DNA of 64,000 nucleotides from Podarcis melisellensis (lineage: Eukaryota). The notes under the pieces are model-generated. The model did not search any database and was not told the DNA's origin. It worked only from the letters and a program-made list of their open reading frames with translations. This document shows, piece after piece, positions 37,700-50,478 of the stretch (positions are counted from its first letter, which is position 1; each line of letters begins with the position of its first letter). A program made the translations under genes and the position numbers. The stretch lies in NCBI GenBank assembly GCA_964234715.1, contig OZ174279.1; one strand, given 5' to 3'.

Positions 37700-38730
37700 T
37701 ATAGGCTCTGCTACTCAGCTATGACCCTTCCTTAACCCTTCAAGAATACTGATCAGATTTATACATTGAATTATTAAGCAATTGGTTGCGTAATCATCTG
37801 CCTCTTAGTCAATTAATCTACTTAATTTGAAGATATTTGCATATTACCAAAAAGAGACCTCATCAGGTATCTTTTTTATTTTTAGCAAGCTTACAGTTTA
37901 ATAAACAAAAGCAGCCTCTCACTGTTGCAAGATAAGGCAAATCAGTAATGCATTCCTTTCCATTTCCTATTACAGTAACGCATTGAAACCAGAATATTCT
38001 CCAAACAGTCAAATGTGCCTTTAACTCTCAGACTGAAATTGCTTCTTCCACACAATTAATCTAACAGACTAATTAAAGCTGGCAGCCTGAGCAATGATGG
38101 ATAGGATATGCAGGCTTTGCTAGAGTCTGCTGTCAGGCCATTACATACGCCCATGAAGATCTCAGCAGAGCTATGCCCAGGGTAGCCTTGGTGAGAGGTA
38201 GCATTTTCCTGAGGGCGCCATATTGTGCAGGCCCCACCATCTGATCCCATAAGAAGATTCCCAGTTCACCAGATTGCAGTTCCTTCTTGCTGCTGCTGCT
38301 GCTTGTTGCCATTGTCTGCTGGTTTTCTTGGTAGACAGATTGATAAAGCCCTCCTTACTATCATGTTGTCTCCCCGATCTTGCCTTTCTGCTGTTTTACA
38401 GAGCTTTCTCTATGTAACTTAAATATATTGAGCTTTAGTTATATCTACTCCGATCTTCATTTATACTGTGTCTAGTTTAAGCCCAGACACAAGAATGGCC
38501 AAAGCAGATTCCATGAGATTTTGTTTTGAACAGGGCCCTCCACATTGCAACTCACTTTTGAAGGATGCTGTAAACAGCTTCTGGATCTTTTTTGTGGTGG
38601 TATTCTGCTCTATGTGCCAGCTGTAAAGGGCAGAGGATTTCAGCACACGATTCCTTTACCTCAAGGACCACCTCTCCCCATATTAACCATCCAAGACTAT
38701 GCATTCATTACTGGCTTTATTTACTTATTA

Positions 38731-38972
38731 CAGTGGTACCTCGGGTTACATACACTTCAGGTTAAATACGCTTCAGGTTACACACTCCGCTAACCCAGAA
38801 ATAGTGCTTCGGGTTAAGAACTTTGCTTCAGGATAAGAACAGAAATCGGGTTTTGGCAGCGCAGCGGCAGCAGGAGGTCCCATTAGCTAAAGTGGTTCTT
38901 CAGGTTAAGAATAGTTTCAGGTTAAGAATGGACCTCCGGAATGAATTAAGTACTTAACCTGAGGTACCACTG
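38731..38972. mobile_element. Tigger-like MITE
   Basis: TA|cagtggtacctcgggtta ... taacctgaggtaccactg|TA. Confidence 0.85.
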
Positions 38973-41900
38973 TACATTTTTATTCTGCTCTTCCTTCCAA
39001 GAGCAGGATGCACACATGGTGTGGGTGTCCTCTCTTTATCCTCCCATCAACCTTGTACATGGGCTGTGTCCAGAGATTGTGCTATGGTCACCCAGAAAAC
39101 TTTGTGTCTGGTGGGAAGTTTGAATCTGAGTCGCGCTGCTGTAAGCTCAGCCCTCTAACCCAGGGATAGGCCCTTCAGGTGTTGTTGGGCTACAGCTCCC
39201 TTCATCTCTGGCCATTGGCCATGCTGGCTGGGGGACACTTAAGTTGGCTATCCCTGCTCAGATTATTACACAGCTGTTCTCTCTTAAGAGAGGTGAAGAA
39301 CACACTGTGGTGTGCTTTTATGTAACTAGAACCGTAAAGCTTGTGCTGTTGGCCCAGGAGTGAAATAACTGGGATCCCTGGAAGTTGCCTGAATAATATT
39401 GGTGAGGCACACTGCTTGACATCAAATACATTTCTCTTGGGGACAGGGAACTGTTCAGAGCCCAAAATGGAATTGGGTCGCACATGTATTCATATGTAAA
39501 TATGTGTTCAGATGCAAATTTCACAGCAGCCTGATTAGAATGCACCTTCTGGAACTTGCATAATGAGTATTTCTTAATGACAGGATCAATCCCTTGGTGT
39601 CAAAGAGATATACAATTCTAGATTATTAATTTTTTAAAGGATTTAGCTCTTGCTAAAGCCAAAGCCTTAATTAAAGTTTAAAAAGCAATTCCTATTGGGA
39701 AACAAAATGCTCAATCTTAATTGGAGGGGTTCTCTTTGCAGGGGGATAATTAACCTATGAGCAGGGTTAAACTCAGATGGAGTCGCTTTAGTGAATTTAC
39801 ACAACCCAGTTTTTCCATTTTCTCCAGAGTGAGTCCTGGGGAGTTTGCACTATACTTGTGGTCTAGATAGAAGTGGGTCATCTAGAAATGGGAAGATTTG
39901 AAAAGATGTATTAGTAGTCCAAGATGGCATAGCAACCTGAGCCTGGTATGCTAAAATAGGCTGGCTGTGATGTTGCTTCTTGGAAAAGCAGTGTATAAAT
40001 CTACCTTCAAAGCATTGTTACAGCAGATTGCAGCATATCCTTGCTCAGGTGTGATTCCCAAATGAACACAGGATTACTAGTATAAAATGGTGGACAAGTT
40101 CTTCAAAGAGTTTAAAAGTTGTTGTGTTACGCTGTCAAACAAAAAAATTAAATCATTGTCAAAACTGTGATCAGAACAACCCACAAGCAAACTTGGCTCA
40201 CCAGTGGAGATCATGCTTGGTTCCTCACCAGCTCCTGAGTTGTAATGGTGGGGGCACAATGTAAGTTCTTTGCCACAGAGAATCACATTGACTCCCTCTC
40301 CTTCAATGGCAGAAGAAGATGATATTTTTACATTGCGCTTTTGACCTAGGTGGAAACTGGTTATTGATGAGATCTTATGATGTGGTCTTGTTTGGTTTTG
40401 CTGTTGCTCCTGTTGAATTGCACTATAATTTTTTTCCTGACTGTTGTGTAGTTCATGGTAATAACTCATATTTAATCTGTGTTTTATTTTATTATAATTG
40501 ATGGCATGATTGTTAGCAGCCTTGAGGGACCTATAGAAATGGAAAGGTGGGATAGAGTATTTTAGTAAATAATTGAACAGTGCTGAGTCCATCCCCTTAA
40601 AAAATATCTAGGATAAAGTTGTTTTTCCCCAACCAGTTTCCTAAAGGCAAGAGGAATGTGGAGTGGCATCTGGGGCAAGGAGTTCCATAATGATGGTGCA
40701 ACACCAACACAAGCATGATCTCCAAGCAGCTGATGGTGGAGAAAGACCCATTATCCTCAGTGAGAGAATTTTGATGGAGATGGTTGGAGGACAGCATGTG
40801 TTGGGAGCCACTGGATTAATTTTTCCAAACCGCGGCTACTGAGGGCTACTAAGTCTCCCTTAGTAGTTCTAACTTGCATGGCTCGGTTAATTTTACAGTT
40901 CCCAAGGGAGTCTAGCTTACCACTGAACTGCTGCTCATTAGAATTCCTTTTTAGCAGTGCCCTGGAGGCTTGTGGCTTCAAATGGCATCCCTCATCAATA
41001 TTTAAGTCCTGTCATTGCGAACGTGGTAGAAAGAAGCTCACTTTGTGGCTTGGAAGAAGAAAGTGAAATGGTTTTGGAGGGGTAGAGAGACCTTGTCCTG
41101 AAACATCACCTGTGAAGTTGGGTAAACAAACCTGATAATGAATTGGTGGCCTTGCTTCCAATGTATAATAGAGCTGTGTTCTGTGAACATAACCCGGTAG
41201 GCCCAGGAAAACCAAGGGAAATCAGGACATTGTTTTCACAGAGACACAAAGGAGAAAAATTGAGACAGGAGATGCTAGAAAGTTCAGGAAGAATGGTAGT
41301 TTCACCCTCAGAGAGCTACAGTTCCCACGATTTTTTGAGGGGGGGGAGCCATCTGCTTTAAATGTGCAGTGGATGTGTTTGAAATGTTTGGTGCAGATCT
41401 GTCTTCTGTGTCACAAGTTTTAACTCGGGAATTGTGGTGGGAGAGGACAAGCACTTCTCAGTTATCTCGGGAAGATAAAATAATCCCATCTCAATGGAAA
41501 TGGCTATCACTGATGAAGGTGAAAGAGAAGTGCATGCATTTGTATGTATTTGCATGCATGTGTATGTTTACAGTGTGCGTGTGTTTATATGTCTGTTCCC
41601 TCTCATAGAAATGGCCATAGACATGCAATACAACTGTAACCACAAATCAACAAGGGGAGGTAGGGTTGTGTGTATGAAACTAGCAAGTGGATCAGCCTTG
41701 AGCTGTGTTTTGGTCAGTTACATATGATAGTCATCCACGGAACGTGAATTTAGCCACGAATTTCCAATTTCCACCCCCAGTTTTGGTTGCAGTAGTATTT
41801 CATGTTTACGCCGATTCTTTTCTGCTTGTAATCCAGTTTACACATCAGCCGTAATCTTCAGGGGTCATCCCTTGCCAGTTGCAGAACCCAGGCAACCAGT

Positions 41901-43415
41901 GAAGCCACAGAGCTAATTCTTTTTTAAGTCCTAGAAGAAAATTAGCCATTACTTTGGTTAACAGTCAGTCTGATGTGACCTGACGCGTGACTGCCGTACT
42001 AGCTTGGGAGGGAAGTGTTTGGTCCTGATCTTTCACGCTAGACGAGCATATCGAAATTGGCTTTAGCATTTTGAAAAGGCCAAAGAGTTTATTTATATTT
42101 TATGCTGCAGATGTCCTATTAAGCAGGAAAGGATAAACACTGTGCGTGGAACCCTCTGGAAATGCATCTGCAGTTTGCTGAACAGCTAAGGACAGAGAGA
42201 GCTGCTTTACAGCGATTTCAGAATATTCTTGAGTTTCTAAAGCTTTTCAGATCACCCTATGACCTGAACAGATGGTAGAGAGCTGGAAACTTGATCACTG
42301 GCTTTGCTGTGCTTTCCCACTGATACCACTTTATAAATAAACCAGCAAACACTGGCAGGTAGTGCTACAATTCCCACAGTGGATTGTAATCCCCCGTTTT
42401 ATGTAGCTCTGGGAATTGCAGCTCAGTGAGGGGCATAGGAGGTGTGCAAACAATTCTCAGCACCCTTAATAAACTGCCATTCCCAGGATTCTTTGGGATA
42501 AGCCATGACTGTTTAAAGTGGCATGATACTGTTTTGAATTTATATGTGCCCTCGGCCTCTGGGAGCACAGCCAGACATGTCACGGACGCTTGGTGTCAAA
42601 GCTAGGCCATGGGCAGCATTCTAGAGTGATTCAGGAGCTGGGAACCTAGAGTCAGGGATCAGAAGGCAAACCAGGGGACAGAGCTGTAAAATAAGCCACA
42701 AATCTGAAATGAAGAGCAAGACCAGAAATGGAAGACAGGCCAAAGCTCAGGCAGGGCTGCTTACTCAAGCGAAGTTCCCGTGAAACAGGAAGCCCTTGTG
42801 TTCCAAAGAGACACTTGCTCTTTAGGGCAAGAGTCATAGGTCAGTGCTAGAGCATGTGTTTTATGCAGGAGATCCCAGGTTCAGTTTATGGCATTTCCAG
42901 GTAGGGCTAAGAGGGACACCTATCTGAAACCCTGGAGAGGCGCTACAACCATCTGCATTGCAGTTTTGGAATAAAATATTTGTAAAAATAGCAAATATTA
43001 CATATCACCACACTATTATGTTACACCGTTATAAGCTCTTTTACAATTTGGGAGGGGTAAAATGGGAAAGCGACATCTCAGGAACTAATAATATTTATGT
43101 TGGTGGTTGCAGGGTAATAAAAATAGAAAAACTGCAGAGTCCTTGAGACACTGAGTTCTTGGAACAATGAGCTGTGGCAAATCGGCATGGCAGAAAAATT
43201 GACATACTAACTTAAGTTAGTTAAAAATAAAGCCAATATATTTGATTTTTCTTAAAGCGTGGCAAGATTTTATCTCATATACAAATCAGAGATGTATTTA
43301 ACACTGTCAAAGCTTTTCATCAGATTATAGAAAAGAGATTAAGTTGATGAAGTATAATGGAAATTTCCAGGACGCTAATGGATCTTAAATATATGCTTAC
43401 CTACCTATATGTAAA

Positions 43416-43719
43416 GGGACGTGGGTGGCGCTGTGGGTTAAACCACAGAGCCTACGACTTGCCGATCAGAAGGTTGGCGGTTCGAATGCCCGTGATGGGG
43501 TGAGCTCCCATTGTTCGGTCCCAGCGCCTGCCAACCTAGCAATTTGAAAGCATGTCAAAGTGCAAGTAGATAAATAGGTACCGCTCCATGGGAAGGTAAA
43601 CAGCGTTTCCTTGCGCTGCTCTGGTTCGCCAGAAGCGGCCAATAAAGCGAGATGAGCGCTGCAACCCCAGAGTCGTCCGCGACTGGACCTAATGGTCAGG
43701 GGTCCCTTTACCTTTACCT
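43416..43719 (+). mobile_element. Sauria SINE (internally deleted copy)
   Basis: gggacgtgggtggcgctgtggg head and (ACCTTT)n tail; 14-bp TSD tacctatatgtaaa (43402-43415 and 43720-43733). Confidence 0.9.
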
Positions 43720-44204
43720 TACCTATATGTAAAAAGGAAAAAAGTGTTTAGAGCCTTTTACCTTCTGACAGTAATTACACGATGTAACTCTTTGTTGTTG
43801 TTTTTGTATTTTTTTTTTGGACGGGGGAGGGGGAGAAAGAAGGATTCATTACTGCCAGCTCCAGGTAGGGATGGAAAAATGTTGTCCTGTGAAACCCTGG
43901 AAACCTAATAATTATAGAAAACACCAGAGGACCAGTGATCTAACTCAGTGTAAGGCAAATTCCTACTCAGATAAGTACCTCTGGAAATTGTGTTTCTTGA
44001 GGTGTCAGCATTGTGTTTAGTTAGGGAAGGGGGATACAACCGTTGTCAATGTGACAGTGGAATTGTTACCGATAAGGAAGTGTTGCATCCAGAAGAAATT
44101 TCCCTTTGCAAGTAATTAAGAGCAGCAGCAATTACAATAGAGGGTTGAAGGTAGCAATGCAGAAAGAGGACAGGCAGAACGAAAGCGGGGAAATACTGCA
44201 ATTC

Positions 44205-44370
44205 AAGAAGAAGAAGAAGAAGAAGAAGAAGAAGAAGAAGAAGAAGAAGAAGAAGAAGAAGAAGAAGAAGAAGAAGAAGAAGAAGAAAATTTTATTCATA
44301 TCCTGCCCATCTGGCTGGGCTTCCCCAGCCAATCTAGGTGGCTTACAGCATATCTAAAAACATAATAAAA
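44205..44370 (-). mobile_element. (AAG)n microsatellite attached to an L2/CR1-group LINE 3' end
   Basis: About 27 AAG units followed by cctgcccatctggctgggcttccccagcc; the same motif with an (AAC)n tail occurs at about 48293-48465. Confidence 0.6.
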
Positions 44371-44829
44371 GATGAGCAAAAAGATGAGCAATTCTCATTT
44401 AATAGCACACACCTTAATAGTTGACTACCCTCTGCACTTGCACCATTAATAACCAGAAAACCAGATGGACATTTGTTCTGATTCAGCAGTAAACCACAGG
44501 TTTCCCCAGCGAAAGCAGCAGGACAAAAGAAAAACCTCTCAGACCCATGCCTAGAAATCGCTGGACAAACGCAAGTGTGGATGATCCCAGAGACTCATTG
44601 GCAGAGATAGCCCTGTAAAGCCCTGGCATCTGTGTCTTTGCTTCTGTGTTTCCACAACTACTGCCGTCTGGTGGACAGTGTGTCATAGTGTCTGCAAAAC
44701 ATAGCTTGTTTATACAGAGGCTGTGGTGATGGTGGGATTGAAAGTTATATATATATATATATATATGCAGATAAAATGACAAGTCTAGATTAATTGCACA
44801 TGGGGTATAATTGTTTTGGTTCATGTGAA

Positions 44830-44830
<1 letters not shown>

Positions 44831-44880
<50 letters not shown>
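44831..44880. repeat. (AAT)n microsatellite
   Basis: Read directly. Confidence 0.95.
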
Positions 44881-44882
<2 letters not shown>

Positions 44883-45155
44883 TTGAACACTTTTGCAATA
44901 TGGCTCCCTTCAGAGTCAGAACAACATTTGATCTCTAGGGATATGTACCTAAATACTCCTGCAGCTTCTTTTCTCTTTCTCATCATTATTAGGTAAACTG
45001 CACAAAAGGTAAGCAGGGCCCAAAGATAGAAAGGCCAGGTCAGATTATTTGTCTGTGTAGCCCAGAATTGCCTGTTCTGACTGGCAGCAGCTCTCCAGAG
45101 ACCCACCTTCCCCACCCCACCTTGTCCCTGTAATTGTAGCCAGAAGTTCCCTACT

Positions 45156-45460
45156 CAGTGTGGTGTAGTGGTTAGGAGCGGTAGTCTCGTAATCTGGGGA
45201 ACCGGGTTCGCGTCTCCGCTCCTCCACATGCAGCTGCTGGGTGACCTTGGGACAGTCACACTTCTTTGAAGTCTCTCAGCCCTACTCACCTCACAGAGTG
45301 TTTGTTGTGGGGGAGGAAGGGAAAGGAGAATGTTAGCCGCTTTGAGATTCCTTAAGGGGAGTGAAAGGCGGGATATCAAATCCAAACTACTCTTCTTCTT
45401 CTTCTTCTTCTTCTTCTTCTTCTTCTTCTTCTTCTTCTTCTTCTTCTTCTTCTTCTTCTT
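45156..45460 (+). mobile_element. Squam3-like SINE with (CTT)n tail
   Basis: Near-identical to 36936-37240. Confidence 0.85.
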
Positions 45461-47163
45461 CCCTGGGTCTCTAAGATCATCTGCTACCAGACCCTTTTTA
45501 ACTGGGAATGCCAGGACTTGAGACCTTCTGTTCATAAACCTTGTGCTCTGCCACTGAACTATAGCCTATTAGGCGGTGGCAAAGAGCTAAATGAGAATGA
45601 GCAGAGATTGTGAATACTACCTAGCTGAGATACCTGTACCACAGTGTTGTGGAAGTCTGGCACTCTTCCAGTTCTACCTCCATTGTCTGAGGCAGCATGG
45701 AGATTGTAGGAGGCTAGAATGCTGTTGCACTCATGCTACTGCTTGTTGGCTTCTCATAAGCATCTGGCTGTCCCACTGTGAGACCAGGACACTGGACTAG
45801 ATGGGCTTCTTGCTATTCTTACCAGTTTCGCTTGCTTTTAATCAGGATAGTGTGGGCAGAGTCTGGGCAAGAATTGAGGTTCTCCTGGGCACTGTCCCTG
45901 CAAAGAGATGCCCTACATTTTAGGGCTTTTCTGCAGGATGAGAAATTATTTCAGTGGGGTAATTCCCTTAAAATGCTCTTCCTTCATAGATCGAACTGGG
46001 GTAACCTTGTTTAAACTTCAGCACTCAAAATATAAGGCAAGAGCCTGGCTTTGCACAGTGGATGAAGTATATAGCTGCTGAGCAAATAGTAAATCAATAA
46101 ACTGAAAGGTTAACGAAATAGCAGGACAGTAAGAAAGGATGGAACAGATAGCTTGCTCCTCTTTGCAACGTTTAGTTTTCTTAAAAAATAACATGAACTA
46201 TGGGCTCATGAAGTGCCTGACACTGAAGGTCAGGATGTTGCAGCGCTATCTTCACAACAGAAGTGTAGCTTTGTTCGAACCCCAGCAAAACCATGTAATA
46301 AAGGTGCAGGCATTGCACTAGAAGCAGATTTTGCTAGAAGGGCAGTAAATTTTTCAAAGTGAAGGGTGAGCATCGCAATAGAAAACCGGTGAAATACTCA
46401 ACAGTGGAGCGGTGAAAACACGATCAAAATATGGTTGGCGTAATACATTTTTAGCTAAAATGGCATGCAGTGAAAGCCAGCCAGCCAGCTCTGTGTTTCT
46501 GATGTTTGCCAGACTGCTTAATGCCATACTAATGAAGGATTTTACACATCTTCATTTCTCTTTCAAGACACACAGGCCCAATTGTAGACACATCTCATCC
46601 GTGGCTGCAATCAATACTGAGTATGCTTTGCACCGTGGACCCAAGTGGCATGTAATTATGAGACTGTATTGATTTCCCCGCAAAGAGGTTGCTAGCGTAC
46701 AAAATAGCAGCTTGACTTTCAAATGACTGGACCAGCAGCCTTTTCTTTCCCTGAGAAAATTAACATGGTTTGGTGAAAGCTCCGAATTCTGTGCAGGGTC
46801 TTGAAATCGCATTGTAGCAACACTGTAAGAAGTGGGTCACTCTCCCCTGTTATAAATCTTCACCACTCCTGATCATTTTATGTGCAGCCCATTTGGCTGC
46901 CCGGGGGAAATATTTGGGACCCAATCCAGACAGCTGCATGGGGAATTGGCTCTGCCCAGCTGGGCGTCAGTGCCCCTTCCTCGTGCTGAAAGGGGAATTG
47001 GAGATACCATATGTCTGCCTTTGGTCCCTCGTATGCATATGTTAGAATACAGCCGTCTATGCATTTAACAATGTAATTCGGTATTGGAATTAGTATGGCT
47101 TACTTTAAAAAAAGCTTTAAAGAGCTGACGTGGTATAGCTAAGAGACTGAACTCCCTAGTTTG

Positions 47164-47903
47164 TTTTTTTATAGAATATTTATTAAGATTTTCGATAATA
47201 ATACAATGAAAAAGAAAAAATAAGAAAAATACAAAAATAAAAATAATTAAAAACACACAGAATTTCCATTACTTATTTTCCTTTAACTTATTTCCCGGAC
47301 CTCCTCATACCTCCCTTTTTTGTATTCCAGTTCAGATTGTTAGTTCAGCAAATCCTTACCATTAAATTTTTACCTATTTCTAAACCTTTTTTTCATATTC
47401 TCTTAGGCATTACAGCTGGAAACCACTTAAATTCTATCCAACATCATTCTAACATTCATTAATTTTACAATATTTCTGTAAATAGTCTTTAAATTTCTTC
47501 CAATCTTCTTCCGCCGACTCCTCTCCCTGGTCTCGGATTCTGCCAGTCATTTCTGCCAATCCCATATAGTCCATCACCTTCATCTGCCATTCTTCCAGAG
47601 TGGGTAGGTCTTGTGTCTTCCAGTACTTTGCAATAAGTATTCTTGCTGCTGTTGTTGCATACATGAAGAAAGTTCTATCCTTCTTTGGCACCAATTGGCC
47701 GACCATGCCCAGGAGAAAGGCCTCTGGTTTCTTCAGGAAGGTATATTTAAATGCCTTTTTCATTTCATTGTAGATCATTACCCAGAAAGCCTTAATCCTT
47801 GGGCACGTCCACCAAAGGTGAAAGAATGTACCTTCATTTTCTTTGCATCTCCAACATTTATTATCGGGCAAATGATAAATTTTTGCAAGCTTGACTGGGG
47901 TCA
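47164..47903 (-). mobile_element. 5'-truncated L1 (ORF2 C-terminal 151 codons, 3'UTR, polyA)
   Basis: Open frame 47904-47449 is about 75% identical (hand count, 114/151 aa) to the full-length ORF2 C-terminus; perfect 16-bp TSD tgaactccctagtttg (47148-47163 and 47904-47919). Confidence 0.95.
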
Positions 47904-48469
47904 TGAACTCCCTAGTTTGAACCTGTCCTCTTCCGTCACGAATTCAGTAGCCCTAGACCCTCCATCCGCATTAGGAGAATAATAATTACCAATGTTATGC
48001 ATATGTCCTGCTAAAAAATGAGTTGTCCAAGTATGGTTGTTCCGCAGTAAATGTCTAGTGTGGAAGTTGGCTGCAATGAGTTTCTTGTGCAAAAGTCTCC
48101 TTTTGTGCTGAACCCAGGCATCTCTCTACCAAGCGAGTCCTGATTCCCTGTGTTTGATGTAAACACAATTCTTCAGCCTTTTATCACTCCAATATATTAG
48201 CTGTCTCTCAGGCCATGTGACGGTGCAAAATGATGTGCTATTCCCAGTCACTTTTCCTCAAAGAGCTGAGCTATGCGACCTGTTTTAATTTAACAACAAC
48301 AACAACATTTTTATTATTTATACCCTGCCCATCTGGCTGGGTTTCCCCAGCCACTCTGGGTGGGTTACAACATATCTAAAAATATAATAAAAACATCATC
48401 AGTCCTTAAAAACTTCCCTAAACAGGGCTGCCTTCCAATGTCTTCTCAAAGTCGGATAGTTTTACCTGT

Positions 48470-49016
48470 ATATGTATGCTCATTGGAATTCGGTAGAAAT
48501 GGTCAAGAAATGTTCCTTGCTATTTATAGCAAGAGTAATAAAAAGAAATTGTTATTTAGGGGAACTGAAGTTAATTCTAAATTATATTCCGGAAATGTGG
48601 GAAATTTCTTGGGGTCAAAAAAATTGGATGTACCATGCTATATTAGAAGCAAAGAACTTGTTTTGATGAGTTGGAAGAGCCGCAAAAAGATTCCATTGAG
48701 CACATGGATTGATAATATGGACACATTAGCTACATATGAACGAATTGCATGTCGACGCAAAATAAGAATGGATAAATATGAAGAAATCTGGAATGAATAT
48801 TTAAGCGATAAGGCGGATAGTGGTGGGAAGTAGGGGGAGGAGAGAGAGGTGGGAAAATATTGTTTAAAAAGGTGTAGTCATAGGTATATCAATGTATTCA
48901 AATCTGAATTGTCAAATTGTGTTACTATTGTTATTATGGTTTTTGTTGTATGTGTCTTTTGCAGTTGATGTTTATATTGAAAAAATGATGAAAGAAATTT
49001 TTAAAAAACCAAAAAA
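48470..49016 (+). mobile_element. Older, divergent L1 3' remnant
   Basis: Frame ending LMSWKSRKKIPLSTWIDNMDTLATYERIACRRKIRMDKYEEIWNEYL shows the W-K..P...W......E......W..Y pattern of L1 ORF2 C-termini, followed by an AT-rich UTR and A-rich end. Confidence 0.6.
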
Positions 49017-49527
49017 CTGGATTATTTGTTCTGTGTACAGTATTATTATTTTCAGAGGGTGTTGTTGTTGTTTATTTTATTTTTTACATGCCCTCCACCT
49101 ATGGGTCCCAGGGTCCAACAATTTAAAATGCAGTTTAAAACCATTAAAAAAACTTACAACCACAGAAAACAGGGTTATATTTGCTCTAATGACCCTTTCA
49201 TGCTATTTTAAATCTATCTATGTCTATTAGCTGTGATGGAATCTCCAGGTTCAGAGTCAGCATGCTGGTTCAGATACCGGATGCTGGTGAGCCATAGCAG
49301 GAAAGGCGAGGTTGCCTTTGTGTCCTGCCTGTGAGTTCCCAAAAAGCATCTCGTTGGCCAGTTTGGGAAACAAGATGTGGAATTAAACACGACTTTCAGT
49401 ATAATTCAGCAAAGATATTGTTAACTTTGGTCCAAGTAGTACTGGGTGACACCCAACACAGAGCAAATCTGTTTCAGTCACACTTAACAAACTTGTATGT
49501 TTGAAACAGATGTTATATATGCATATA

Positions 49528-49765
49528 CAGTGGTGCCGTGGTTCTCGGACGTAATCCGTTTCGGGAGTCCGATTCCTGAAACCGTTCGAAAACCAAGGCA
49601 CGGCTTCTGATTGGCTGCAGGAGCTTCCTACACTCAAGCAGAAGCTGCGTTGGTCGTTCAGCTTCCGAAAAACGTTTGGAAACCGGAACATTTACTTCCA
49701 GGTTTGCAGTGTTCGGGAGCCGATTTGTTTGGCAACTAAGCCGTTCAGGAACCAAGGTTTGACTG
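49528..49765. mobile_element. Tigger-like MITE (diverged)
   Basis: TA|cagtggtgccgtggttc ... gaaccaaggtttgactg|TA. Confidence 0.75.
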
Positions 49766-50367
49766 TAGTTTTAATGCTGTTAATGTTTAGTTGCTTTTTA
49801 ATTCCTGGTTTTCTCCCTCCATGTTTCTTTAACCATTCTTGTTTTAAATCTGTAACCTGCCTTGAGTCCCATATGGGGGAAAAGGTGGGGTATAAATAAA
49901 TACATAATAATAATTACTAAAAACCAAGTTGTGTCATAAGGGTCTTCTGACAGTGGGTGGCCCAGAGGTGACACCTGCACCCAAATTGTTCCACACTTAC
50001 TGAATTTGCTCTGTGTCTAGGCTTAATGGCATACAGGACTGTTTCATTACCTTTACATCTGTTCAGCAGCTGGTGTGGTTTAGTCCCTCTTGTTCTCTGC
50101 AACAGGGTGGCATGATGTATCTTTTCACCGCATTAGGCAGAATAGGTGGGTTTGCTGGGGAAATCGTGGCAAGTTGGTGCCTCTGACATTGTACAGCCAT
50201 GGGCCAAATTACCTTGTGAGACCACATCTTGATCTGTTGTGCTGCTTGTTCCCCTGAGATCTTCTATTTGTACTGGCAAACAACTTAAGCTTTTGCCCTT
50301 TTTTTCCTCCTTTTTTCTTTTTGTTTTGTTCCTCCCCTGCCTCCGCCCCTCTCCCACATTTCTACAG

Positions 50368-50478
50368 CAGCAAAGGAGGGAAAAGGAATTAAGGAAACAG
50401 CAAGAGAGGGAGCAGCGACGGCATTATGAGGAGCAAATGCGCCGAGAAGAGGAGAGGAGGCGTGCCGAGCATGAACAG
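50368..50478 (+). CDS. TNIK: TNIK coding exon (111 nt; QQRREKELRKQQEREQRRHYEEQMRREEERRRAEHEQ)
   Basis: Long pyrimidine tract, ctacag| acceptor and |gtaacc donor; phase 0/0. Confidence 0.97.

Noticed and set aside
44106-45535. Poly-K, poly-F and poly-I ORFs (also 36746-37684)
   Set aside because: Translations of (AAG)n, (CTT)n and (AAT)n microsatellites.
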